A stretch of 64,000 nucleotides of DNA from Sediminibacterium sp. Its GTDB lineage: Bacteria; Bacteroidota; Bacteroidia; Chitinophagales; Chitinophagaceae. The notes under the pieces were generated by a model. It was given only the letters and a program-made list of their open reading frames with translations. It was not told the DNA's origin and did no database searches. Each line of letters begins with the position of its first letter. Position 1 is the first letter of the stretch. The DNA is taken from the NCBI GenBank assembly GCA_036405675.1, contig DASWXD010000004.1, positions 4,766 through 68,765 on the forward strand. Direction: 5' to 3'. Shown piece by piece: positions 46,605-55,966 of the stretch. The translations under genes and the position numbers were made by a program.

Positions 46605-47075
46605 TTATACCCATTTCCCGAAGTGCCGTTCCACGGCTACAAATCGATGATCGAAGATTTGTTTCAGCTGGGCTTTTACCATAAGTAACCAGGCAAGATC
46701 TCCCAGCAACCAGAGGGGTAATTTGTAATGCACGATATCCGTCATTTCTACCCCACCTTCGATTTCTCTGAAATGATGCTGGTGATGCCATAGGCTGTAA
46801 GGACCAAAACGCTGTTCATCCACAAAATATTTTTTATCCTCCACGTGAGTGATCTCCGTCATCCAATACAGGGGAATGCCCAGGATGGGCTTTACGGTGT
46901 ATTCAATGATCTGCCCGGGATACATTTTTTCGCCATGGTGTTTGGAGATGATATGAAACCCCAGGTTGGGTGGTGTAATATCTTTCAGGTTATCCGGGCG
47001 GCTGAAAAATTCCCAGGCCTGGTCTAAACTGATCGGGATTTTTTGAACGGTTTTGATGGAGTAGACTTTTGACAT
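46605..47075 (-). CDS. SRPBCC family protein
   Basis: WEFFSRPDNLKDITP, YFVDEQRFGPYSLWHHQH. Confidence 0.9.
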   Translation of the reverse strand: MSKVYSIKTVQKIPISLDQAWEFFSRPDNLKDITPPNLGFHIISKHHGEKMYPGQIIEYTVKPILGIPLYWMTEITHVEDKKYFVDEQRFGPYSLWHHQHHFREIEGGVEMTDIVHYKLPLWLLGDLAWLLMVKAQLKQIFDHRFVAVERHFGKWV

Positions 47076-47105
47076 GCATTAATAACAACCTCACCACCAA
47101 AAAGT

Positions 47106-47232
47106 TCAACTCACCCCGACGGCACTTCGTGCGTCGACCCTCTCTACTGCGTAGAGAGGGTGGGACTCTCCCCCTACCCCTCTCTGCTCTGCAGAGAGGG
47201 GTGACGAGCGAAGCGATGTCGGGGTGAGTTGA
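47106..47232. mobile_element. 127-bp nested palindromic element (MITE/REP-like, non-autonomous)
   Basis: 15-bp perfect terminal inverted repeats TCAACTCACCCCGAC/GTCGGGGTGAGTTGA enclosing two CCCTCTCT...AGAGAGGG hairpins. Confidence 0.65.
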
Positions 47233-47245
47233 TTATCTTTACGCT

Positions 47246-50200
47246 ATGGCCGCTACCCAACAACAGAAAGAACAATTCGAAAAAATTTATACCAACCTGA
47301 ACGAACAGCAGAAACTTGCTGTAGATACCATCGAAGGTCCGGTGATGGTGATCGCCGGTCCGGGTACGGGTAAAACCCAGATTCTGAGTGCCCGCATCGG
47401 TAAAATTCTGTTAGACACGGATACGCAGGCCGAAAACATTCTCTGCTTAACCTATACCGATGCCGGTGCGGTAGCCATGCGCAAACGGTTGCTGGGATTT
47501 ATTGGTCCGGATGCGTACAAAGTGAATATTTATACCTTTCATGCTTTCTGCAATGATATCATCCAGGAGAACCTGTCTTTGTTCGAGAAAACCGTGCTGG
47601 ATCCGATCTCAGACCTTGAAAAGATCGACCTCTTCAAACAACTGATTGATGGCTTTCCCAAAAATCATCCGCTGAAACGCTATCGGGGTGATGTGTATTT
47701 TGAGATCAACAACCTACAGCAGCTCTTCAGTGCCATGAAGCGGGAAGGTTGGACACCTGCTTTCATCAACCGGAAAATTGATGAATACCTGAACGAATTG
47801 CCTACCCGCGATGAATTTATTTACCAGCGCGCTTACAAACAATTCAAAAAAGGCGACCTGAAAGAGAACAAGATCGAAGAAGCCAGGGAAAAAATGGAAA
47901 AACTGCGTGCCGCTGTAAACGAGTTTGACCGTTTTCAAAAACTGATGCGCAGCCGCAACCGCTATGATTTTGACGACATGATCAATTGGGTGATCAAGGC
48001 TTTTGAAGAAAACAAAACCTTACTGGCCCGTTACCAGGAACAGTTCCTGTATATTTTGGTAGATGAATACCAGGATACCAGCGGTACGCAGAACCGGCTG
48101 GTAGAACTACTGATCAGTTACTGGGAGCAGCCTAATGTATTTGTAGTGGGAGATGATGACCAGAGTATTTACCGCTTCCAGGGTGCCAACGTAGAAAACA
48201 TGGAAGCTTTTGCCCAGAAATACGAAGAAGACCTATTGGCCGTTGTATTACAGGAAAACTACCGTTCTACCCAACCCATTCTGGATATTTCAAAAACCCT
48301 GATAGACAGAAACGAAGAAAGACTGGTAAAAAAGATCAAGGGCCTTACCAAAAATCTTTCTGCAGCAAATAGCGCACTGAGCCAACTGACACACAAACCT
48401 GTTATTACTGAATACGAAACACAACGCCAGGAAATGATCCATCTTACCCTGGCGGTAGAAAAACTGCTGGCACAAAAAGTAGAACCGGGCCTGATCAGTA
48501 TCATTTATAAAGAGAATAAATACGGTGAGGAACTGGCGCAGTATTTTGCACAACGTAATATTCCGGTATACAGCAAACGCAACCTGAATATTCTCGAGAT
48601 CCCGCTCGCTAAAAAAATCATCCTGTTGCTGGAATACCTGGCCGCAGAACATGATATACCGGATGGCGGAGATGAAATGTTATTTGAGATTCTGCACTTC
48701 GACTGGTTTGGCATTGCACCAATTGAAATTGCCAAACTGACTTCTGCAGTAGCCGACAGGAAATTTGGCCAAAACAAAACTTCGCTTCGGAAATTATTGT
48801 ACGAAAAAGTAAATGCCCCGGCCCGTGATCTCTTCAGCGGGGCAGCCCCTGCCGGTATGAAAGCCGCCAGTGATGCTATTGAAAAACTACTGACCGATGC
48901 GTCGAATGTAACATTGGTGAACCTGGTAGAGAACTGTATCCGCGATGCGGGATTACTGAACCAGATCATGCTGAGCCCTGATAAACACTGGCATTTACAG
49001 GTACTCACCGGTTTATTTGATTTCATCAAAGAAGAAGCCCGCCGTAACCCAAATCTGACGCTGGAGCAACTTGTCAATATTTTTATGTTGATGGAGAAAG
49101 AGGGACTGAGTTTGCCATTGGTACAGGTAAGCGGCAGCGAAAAAGGAGTGAACCTCTTAACGGCGCATGGTTCAAAAGGATTGGAATTTGAACATGTATT
49201 CCTGGTTGGCTGTAACGCTTCCAGCTGGGAAAAGAAGCGCAAACCAGGTGGTGGCTATAGTTTCCCGGATACCATGTTCACTTCTCAACCCAAACAAACG
49301 GACGAAGAGGAACTGAGGCGTTTGTTTTATGTGGCACTGACAAGGGCCAAACAGCATCTGCACATATCCTACAGCCGTTTTAAAAATGATGGTAAAGAAC
49401 TGGAGCCATCGATGTTTATTGCAGAAATACAGGATACACATGTTTTACCAGTGGAGAAAGTGATCCTTGACAAAGAAGTGCTCAGCGAATTTGCCATGAT
49501 CCAGTTTACGTCGGTGCAGGTACCGGAAATAGAAAAGAACGAGGCTGAATTTATCAGCCAGCTCCTCGACAAATTTGTAATGAATGTAACGGCACTGAAC
49601 AATTACCTGAAATGCCCGCTGCAGTTCTATTTTCAGAACCTGGTAAGGGTACCTTCGGGCAAATCAGAAGCCACAGAGTTTGGTTCTGCCGTACACCATG
49701 CTTTGCATAAACTGTTTGAGAAAATGCAGCAAACGGAACAGTTCCCGGGGAAAGAAGAATTTATTCTCGATTTTAACTGGTACATGAACCGTAACCGCGA
49801 AAGTTTTACCAAAGAACAGTTTGCCCGCAGAATGGAATACGGACAGGAAGTACTCGGCAATTATTACGACCAGTATCACAAGAGCTGGAACAAAGTAGTA
49901 GCCGTGGAAAGAACCATTCGAAATATTGTGGTAGAAGGTGTACCGCTGAAAGGGAAACTGGACAAACTGGAATTCAATGGCAAAGAAGTGAACGTGGTGG
50001 ATTATAAAACCGGCGATATTGATAAGGCCAAAGACAAACTGAAACCACCGCACGAGGAAGACCCTAATGGCGGCGATTACTGGCGCCAGGCGGTATTTTA
50101 CAAGATCCTGGTAGATCATTATGAGCAGAAAAGCTGGAAGGCGGTAAGTACAGAGTTCGATTTTATAGAACCCGACAAAAAGAAACAACACCGGAAAGAA

Positions 50201-50386
50201 AAGATCGTGATCAGTCCGGAAGACATTACCACCGTAACCCAACAGATCAAAACCGTTTGGCAGAAAATTCAGGACCGTGCTTTTTATACCGGCTGCGGCA
50301 AACCCGAGTGTCATTGGTGCAATTTTGTAAAAACCAACGAAATGGCCATTGCCCTGCACGATCTTTCTGAAGAAGAACCGGAATAG
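47246..50386 (+). CDS. UvrD/PcrA-type ATP-dependent helicase with C-terminal PD-(D/E)XK nuclease
   Basis: AGPGTGKT, LVDEYQD, VVGDDDQSIY, HGSKGLEF, YVALTRA; nuclease GKLDKL..VVDYKTG; four Cys. Confidence 0.93.
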   Translation: MAATQQQKEQFEKIYTNLNEQQKLAVDTIEGPVMVIAGPGTGKTQILSARIGKILLDTDTQAENILCLTYTDAGAVAMRKRLLGFIGPDAYKVNIYTFHAFCNDIIQENLSLFEKTVLDPISDLEKIDLFKQLIDGFPKNHPLKRYRGDVYFEINNLQQLFSAMKREGWTPAFINRKIDEYLNELPTRDEFIYQRAYKQFKKGDLKENKIEEAREKMEKLRAAVNEFDRFQKLMRSRNRYDFDDMINWVIKAFEENKTLLARYQEQFLYILVDEYQDTSGTQNRLVELLISYWEQPNVFVVGDDDQSIYRFQGANVENMEAFAQKYEEDLLAVVLQENYRSTQPILDISKTLIDRNEERLVKKIKGLTKNLSAANSALSQLTHKPVITEYETQRQEMIHLTLAVEKLLAQKVEPGLISIIYKENKYGEELAQYFAQRNIPVYSKRNLNILEIPLAKKIILLLEYLAAEHDIPDGGDEMLFEILHFDWFGIAPIEIAKLTSAVADRKFGQNKTSLRKLLYEKVNAPARDLFSGAAPAGMKAASDAIEKLLTDASNVTLVNLVENCIRDAGLLNQIMLSPDKHWHLQVLTGLFDFIKEEARRNPNLTLEQLVNIFMLMEKEGLSLPLVQVSGSEKGVNLLTAHGSKGLEFEHVFLVGCNASSWEKKRKPGGGYSFPDTMFTSQPKQTDEEELRRLFYVALTRAKQHLHISYSRFKNDGKELEPSMFIAEIQDTHVLPVEKVILDKEVLSEFAMIQFTSVQVPEIEKNEAEFISQLLDKFVMNVTALNNYLKCPLQFYFQNLVRVPSGKSEATEFGSAVHHALHKLFEKMQQTEQFPGKEEFILDFNWYMNRNRESFTKEQFARRMEYGQEVLGNYYDQYHKSWNKVVAVERTIRNIVVEGVPLKGKLDKLEFNGKEVNVVDYKTGDIDKAKDKLKPPHEEDPNGGDYWRQAVFYKILVDHYEQKSWKAVSTEFDFIEPDKKKQHRKEKIVISPEDITTVTQQIKTVWQKIQDRAFYTGCGKPECHWCNFVKTNEMAIALHDLSEEEPE

Positions 50387-50506
50387 GAATGAATCTGTTT
50401 ATTTGTTGAAAGAATCGCAGGAATCCGTTTCTGCCCGCCACAATTCGCTTTCCCTTCACAAAGATTTGATGCGGTAAGCTGCACGGAGTTCTATATTTGT
50501 GCTCAC

Positions 50507-51913
50507 ATGAAAAAGGTATCCGTTTCCTTATTGGCAGTAGTCGTATACATGGCATTGATATTGCAGTTAAGTTCCTGTGCCAATATCATCCCACCAGGTG
50601 GCGGACCCAGGGATAGTTTACCACCCCGGCTGGTAATGGCCCAACCCAAAGATTCGGCGGTAAATGTGACCAGTAAAAATATCACCCTCACATTTGATGA
50701 ATATATCACGTTGCAGAGTCCGCAGCAAAGCCTCATCATCTCGCCCAACCCTTCTTCACAGGGTACCCCGCTGATTGATTACAAGTTGCGTAATGTGACC
50801 ATCAAACTGAAAGACAGCCTGGAGCCCAATACCACTTACTCTTTCAATTTCGGAGACGCCATCCGTGATGTGAATGAAAACAATATTGCCCAGAATTTCA
50901 CCTATGTATTTTCTACCGGAAAAAGCATCGACTATAACAGTTATAGCGGGAAAGTATTACTGGCAGAAAAAGGCAAAGTGGATAGTACCCTGATTGTGCT
51001 GTTGCATCGTAACCTGAACGATACAGCGGTGATAAAAGAAAGACCCCGCTATTACACACGCCTCAACGGCAAAGGCGAATTTACATTCCGTAACCTGCCG
51101 CAGGGACAGTTTGCTGTTTATGTATTGCCCGGTGCTGATATTTCAAGAAAATACGACGATAGTACCAAGATGTTCGCCTTTCGCAACGGTCCCGTTACAA
51201 TCAGTGCCGATACTCGCCGCGATACCTTATATGCGTTTGAAGAAGCGAAGCGAACTGAATTCAGCACTGGTGCAACTGCCAAAGTAGCGGCTGCAGCGCG
51301 GGACGACAAACGATTGAAATACGCCCATGATCTGGAGAATGGCCTGCAGGACCTGCTGCGGAACTTCACCCTCAGCTTCAACCGGAAACTCACCGGTTTC
51401 GACAGCACTAAATTTATTTTGGCCGATACCAGCTATCAAAAAATAGACGGCGCTTCTTTTACATTAGATAGTACTGGAACCAAAGTGATACTATCTTATC
51501 CCTGGAAAGAGGCAAAACCGTTCCGCTTACTCATTGCCAAAAATGCAGTGACTGATTCTGCAGGAACAGAACTTTCCAAAGCAGATACCATCCGTTTTAT
51601 CACCAAAAGGGAGTCTGATTACGGCAGTATCCGGATCCGTTTCACGAACCTCGACCTCAGCAAAAAACCGGTATTACAGTTTGTGCAGGGAGAGAAACTG
51701 GTAGAAACAGTTCCCCTCACACAAAATGATTTCCAGCGTAAGCGTTATGCACCCGGCACCTATGAAATGAGGATATTGTATGATACCAACCAGAACGGCA
51801 AATGGGATACCGGTAATTATAAAACCAAACGGCAGCCCGAAACAGTGTACCTCATTCCCCGCCAGCTGGCCATACGCGCCAACTGGGATAATGAGGTAAC
51901 CATTGCATTATAG
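50507..51913 (+). CDS. Ig-like (Big_5) domain lipoprotein
   Basis: Lipobox LSSC, PPGGGPRD..PP, FDEY, LEPNTTYSFNFGDAI, DTNQNGKWDTG. Confidence 0.85.
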   Translation: MKKVSVSLLAVVVYMALILQLSSCANIIPPGGGPRDSLPPRLVMAQPKDSAVNVTSKNITLTFDEYITLQSPQQSLIISPNPSSQGTPLIDYKLRNVTIKLKDSLEPNTTYSFNFGDAIRDVNENNIAQNFTYVFSTGKSIDYNSYSGKVLLAEKGKVDSTLIVLLHRNLNDTAVIKERPRYYTRLNGKGEFTFRNLPQGQFAVYVLPGADISRKYDDSTKMFAFRNGPVTISADTRRDTLYAFEEAKRTEFSTGATAKVAAAARDDKRLKYAHDLENGLQDLLRNFTLSFNRKLTGFDSTKFILADTSYQKIDGASFTLDSTGTKVILSYPWKEAKPFRLLIAKNAVTDSAGTELSKADTIRFITKRESDYGSIRIRFTNLDLSKKPVLQFVQGEKLVETVPLTQNDFQRKRYAPGTYEMRILYDTNQNGKWDTGNYKTKRQPETVYLIPRQLAIRANWDNEVTIAL

Positions 51914-51988
51914 TTAGCGTATGCCGAAAGGGTTCCCTTGTCCCTAATAATCTTAACTTTGCGTTCTTATCAGCCCCTTAACTGAATC

Positions 51989-52603
51989 ATGCAGCTCCCA
52001 TCCTCCTTATTAGAAAACGCAGTGGCCCAGTTTACCAAACTACCCGGTATTGGTAAAAAAACGGCTTTACGTCTGGTGCTGCACCTGCTGAAACAGGAGG
52101 TGAATGAAGTGCAGCATTTTGGCGAAACCATTGCCCGGATGCGCCGTGACATCAAATTCTGTCAGCGTTGCCATAACGTGAGCGATGGGGATATCTGCTC
52201 CATCTGTTCCAATTCCATGCGTAACCAGCGGATGATCTGCGTGGTAGAGAATATCAGGGATGTGATAGCGATAGAAAGCACCCAGCAGCTAAGCGGCACT
52301 TACCATGTGCTGGGGGGCATTATTTCTCCATTGGATGGGGTAGGTCCGGATCAGCTCAATATCGAATCGCTGGTGGCGAGGATCACCAAGGAAGAGACCG
52401 AAGAACTGGTTTTTGCCCTGAATCCCAATATCCAGGGCGATACCACCATTTACTATATACAGAAAAAAATTGCCCACCTGCCCTGCCGTATCACCACCAT
52501 TGCCCGGGGCATCGCTTTCGGGGGCGAGCTGGAGTATGCCGATGAAATGACGCTGGCACGCAGCCTTGCCAACCGCCTGCCGGTTCAGCAGTATGTTAAA
52601 TAG
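51989..52603 (+). CDS. recR: Recombination mediator RecR
   Basis: LPGIGKKTA, C4 zinc finger, YHVLGG, Toprim domain, LEYADE. Confidence 0.97.
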   Translation: MQLPSSLLENAVAQFTKLPGIGKKTALRLVLHLLKQEVNEVQHFGETIARMRRDIKFCQRCHNVSDGDICSICSNSMRNQRMICVVENIRDVIAIESTQQLSGTYHVLGGIISPLDGVGPDQLNIESLVARITKEETEELVFALNPNIQGDTTIYYIQKKIAHLPCRITTIARGIAFGGELEYADEMTLARSLANRLPVQQYVK

Positions 52604-52713
52604 GCTTTCTTACAGAACAATTTTAGCATTCAGGCAACCATATTTTTGATCAGCCGTATCGTTTTGTATTGATACAATGAGTAATTTGCTGTTTAAACAA
52701 CAAATTTTCCCGT

Positions 52714-53130
52714 ATGCAGAAATGGAAAAAAACAATACTCATGATTGGTGGTATCGGTTTACTGGCAGCCTTGGCGGTAGTGTTGTATGTATTCCTGAAG
52801 CCACACCGGGATGTATCGAAGGAAAAAGGCGTTCAGTTAACGGCACAGGCATTGTTTGATGCGTTTAAAACCAATGAAGCAGATGCCAATGTGAGGTATC
52901 TGGACAAAGCCATTGAGCTAAACGGAGAAGTAGCAGATGTAAATACAAACCAGGATGGCCATATTGTCGTAAATGTGAAGACCAACGATCCTTTATTTAT
53001 GATCAACTGTACATTTAAAACCAATCCGGGTACTTTACAACCCGGACAAACGATTACTTTTAAAGGCATCTGTACCGGTTATATACCCGATATGAATGTA
53101 GTGATCAATGAAGGCGTCTTAGTTAAATAG
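52714..53130 (+). CDS. OB-fold (tRNA_anti-like) membrane-anchored protein
   Basis: N-terminal TM; ANVRYLDKAIELNGEV, ITFKGICTGY. Confidence 0.8.
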   Translation: MQKWKKTILMIGGIGLLAALAVVLYVFLKPHRDVSKEKGVQLTAQALFDAFKTNEADANVRYLDKAIELNGEVADVNTNQDGHIVVNVKTNDPLFMINCTFKTNPGTLQPGQTITFKGICTGYIPDMNVVINEGVLVK

Positions 53131-53143
53131 TAAAAACCCGTTT

Positions 53144-53668
53144 ATGAAATTTGTATTTGTTTTTTTGATAGGCATTCTTTTTTTAGGCACGCAGGCGGAA
53201 GCGCAGAAAGTATTCGGTACCCGCAACGGTAAGATCACTTTTGCATCTCCTACGGATGATGATGTAAAATCGACCAACAACGAAGTAGCCAGCCGGATAG
53301 CAGATAACGGTCAGATCACTTTCAGTGCATTGATCAAGGGATTCAAATTCAAGTATGCCGAAATGCAGGAGCATTTTAACGACCAGTACCTGGAAAGTAA
53401 TAAGTTCCCGAGAGCCGATTTCAAAGGCACGATCGTGAACCTGAAAGAAGTGAATTTCGGCAAAGACGGTTCCTATAAAGTATCGGTAAAAGGAGATCTT
53501 ACCCTGCACGGCGTAACAAAGAATATTACAGTAGCCGGCACGATCGAGATTAAAGGAGGGAAGCCGCTGGCAAATTGCAAATTTGTGATCCGGATGAAGG
53601 ATTTTAACGTAGATGCGTCCAGTGTTACCGAAACGGTGAACGCTGAAGTGAGCTGTCAATACCAATAA
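53144..53668 (+). CDS. YceI family protein
   Basis: Signal peptide; MQEHFNDQYLESNKFPRADF, GDLTLHGVTK. Confidence 0.9.
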   Translation: MKFVFVFLIGILFLGTQAEAQKVFGTRNGKITFASPTDDDVKSTNNEVASRIADNGQITFSALIKGFKFKYAEMQEHFNDQYLESNKFPRADFKGTIVNLKEVNFGKDGSYKVSVKGDLTLHGVTKNITVAGTIEIKGGKPLANCKFVIRMKDFNVDASSVTETVNAEVSCQYQ

Positions 53669-53692
53669 TTCCACACACATAAACTATCACCT

Positions 53693-54595
53693 ATGATAAT
53701 CTTTACCAAAAGGTTACTGGCCATTGTATGCCTTAGCCTGACCCTAGTTACTGCCCGCGCACAGCAGGTAGATCTTTTCAAAATGCAGGACAGCACCAAT
53801 GCTGCCGACAATAAAACCCTGGGTAACGAACCGGTCATCAACACTTTTTACTCTACCCGCCTGGTAAACAGCCATACCGTTGAAATGCTCGGGCCGGGTA
53901 GTATGGATTTCCGGATCAACCACCGTTTCTCACCCCTGAATATGGGTCTATACGATATGTTCGGCCTCGACTATGCTTCTATGCGTATGGGCTTTGATTT
54001 TGGGTTATCCAAAAATCTGATGGTGGGCATTGGCCGCTCAACCATTTATAAAGAGCTGGATGGTTTTATCAAATACAGGGTCATGCACCAAAGCACCGGA
54101 ACCGGTGCACCACTATCCATCACACTCTTAGGTGCCATGGCCTATCGCAGCATAGATATGGACCCTACGCTGAAAGTGACCGGCTCAGACAGAACCTATT
54201 ATACGGCTCAGGTATTGATAGCGCGTAAACTCAATGCCAATACTTCCCTGCAGCTATCACCTACCTATACCCGTTACAACCGTTTGATCTACTTAACCGG
54301 CGGTGCCAAAGACCTTTTTTCAGTAGGGTTTCTGGCCAGACAGAAAATCAGCAAGCGTGTAAGCATTAACCTGGAGTATTTTGCCAGCACCAAGAGCTTT
54401 AATGGTACATATGATCCGTTGTCTGTTGGGGTAGATATCAATACAGGCGGGCACGTATTCCAGCTGCATTTTACCAATGCCACAGGCATGAACGAACATA
54501 GTTTTATCCATGAAACCACCGGATCCTGGGGCAAGGGAGATATCCGCTGGGGATTCAATATCTCCCGGATCTTCCACATTGGCAGAAAAAAGTAA
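53693..54595 (+). CDS. DUF5777 family beta-barrel protein
   Basis: TRLVNSHTVE, FRINHRF, INTGGHVFQLHFTN, GFNISRIF. Confidence 0.88.
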   Translation: MIIFTKRLLAIVCLSLTLVTARAQQVDLFKMQDSTNAADNKTLGNEPVINTFYSTRLVNSHTVEMLGPGSMDFRINHRFSPLNMGLYDMFGLDYASMRMGFDFGLSKNLMVGIGRSTIYKELDGFIKYRVMHQSTGTGAPLSITLLGAMAYRSIDMDPTLKVTGSDRTYYTAQVLIARKLNANTSLQLSPTYTRYNRLIYLTGGAKDLFSVGFLARQKISKRVSINLEYFASTKSFNGTYDPLSVGVDINTGGHVFQLHFTNATGMNEHSFIHETTGSWGKGDIRWGFNISRIFHIGRKK

Positions 54596-54624
54596 CCGTT
54601 TTACAATCCAATATCTACTTACTG

Positions 54625-54665
54625 AAAGCCCGCTATAGGAGATTTTACCCTCCTGCGGGCTTTTT
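54625..54665 (+). terminator. Probable intrinsic terminator
   Basis: AAAGCCCGC...AGGA/TCCT...GCGGGC plus T5. Confidence 0.65.
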
Positions 54666-54714
54666 CAATTTTGTATGAGTCTCTCTATAATTTTGTCATA
54701 AGCCCCTTACCCTT

Positions 54715-54722
54715 TATCTTTG
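54715..54722 (+). promoter_or_regulatory. Bacteroidota -7 promoter element for the metH leader
   Basis: TATCTTTG exact match, about 15 nt before the riboswitch-like element. Confidence 0.7.
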
Positions 54723-54734
54723 TCATTCTTACTA

Positions 54735-54836
54735 CAGGCGGATTTGTTTATTGTTCGGCCTGATTTCCCGCTTCGGCGGAAACAATCGAACTAATAAACG
54801 TTTTGAAGTGCTCTACACATACCACCTTCCAAAGCG
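54735..54836 (+). ncRNA. SAM-II-like riboswitch with long inserted hairpin (SAM-II long-loop type)
   Basis: GGCG-GAUUUG-[hairpin with C-UUCG-G]-CGUUUUGAAG-UGCU-loop-CUUCCAAAGCG can fold as an H-type pseudoknot; sits upstream of metH. Confidence 0.62.
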
Positions 54837-54908
54837 TTTACAGTTCCTTATATAAATGATCCCGTAATGGCATCTGTTGGATGCTGCTATGAGATAAAAA
54901 CATCGTAT

Positions 54909-55922
54909 ATGGATATCAGAAAAGAATTGGAAAAACGTATTCTTGTCATCGATGGCGCCATGGGTACCATGATACAGCGGCATAAACTGTCAGAAGCCGA
55001 TTACCGGGGAGAGCGGTTTAAAGACTGGCATTCGGATGTAAAGGGCAATAACGACCTGCTTTGTATTACGCAGCCCGAGATCATCAAAGGTATTCATAAA
55101 TTATACCTGGCAGCCGGGGCCGATATCATTGAAACCAACACTTTCAGCAGCACTGTCATTGCCATGGCTGATTATGATATGCAATCGCTGGCCTATGAAC
55201 TCAATGTAGCTGCCGCCAAATGTGCCAAAGATGCTGTAAAGGAATTTATGGCAGAAAACCCAGGTACCACACCCAAATTTGTAGCCGGTGCCATCGGACC
55301 ATTGAATAAAACCCTGAGTCTTTCCCCCGACGTAAATAATCCCGGTTTCCGTGCCGTTACTTTTGATGAAGTAGTAGCAGCTTACTACGAACAAATCAAA
55401 GGCCTGGTAGATGGCGGGGTAGACATACTGCTGATTGAAACCATCTTCGATACCCTCAATGCCAAAGGCGCCATTTTCGCCGCCAAAAAATATTTCCGCG
55501 ATCAGCAACGTGAAGAACTACCCATCATGATCAGCGGTACCATTACCGATGCATCGGGCAGAACACTCAGCGGACAAACCCTCGAAGCTTTTTATACCTC
55601 CGTAATGCATGCGCGGCCCTTAAGCGTTGGCTTGAACTGTGCGCTGGGTGCGGCCGAAATGAGAAGTCATATTGAGGAGCTTTCACAGATTGCCGCCTGT
55701 TATACTTCTGCTTACCCCAATGCCGGATTACCCAATGCCATGGGCGAGTACGATGAACAACCGCATGAAACCGCGCATTTTATTGAAGAATGGGCCAAAG
55801 AAGGCTTCGTGAATATTGTAGGCGGTTGTTGCGGTACCACACCGGACCATATCAAACATATCGCGGATCATGTCAGGAAAATTGCACCAAGAATATTGCC
55901 GGTGCTGGAACAAAGTTTATAA
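54909..55922 (+). CDS. metH: Methionine synthase, homocysteine-binding half (split MetH)
   Basis: [42 protein letters not shown]; ATG at 54909. Confidence 0.95.
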   Translation: MDIRKELEKRILVIDGAMGTMIQRHKLSEADYRGERFKDWHSDVKGNNDLLCITQPEIIKGIHKLYLAAGADIIETNTFSSTVIAMADYDMQSLAYELNVAAAKCAKDAVKEFMAENPGTTPKFVAGAIGPLNKTLSLSPDVNNPGFRAVTFDEVVAAYYEQIKGLVDGGVDILLIETIFDTLNAKGAIFAAKKYFRDQQREELPIMISGTITDASGRTLSGQTLEAFYTSVMHARPLSVGLNCALGAAEMRSHIEELSQIAACYTSAYPNAGLPNAMGEYDEQPHETAHFIEEWAKEGFVNIVGGCCGTTPDHIKHIADHVRKIAPRILPVLEQSL

Positions 55923-55966
55923 CGAATCAACCCACTGTTTGCACAATAGCAGGCAGTAAAAATAGT

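Noticed and set aside
55790-55966. Open frame overlapping the end of the MetH N-half as a programmed frameshift or a broken gene
   Set aside because: No canonical slippery heptamer near the stop, a good ATG with A-rich leader at 55967, and split MetH is usual in this phylum.
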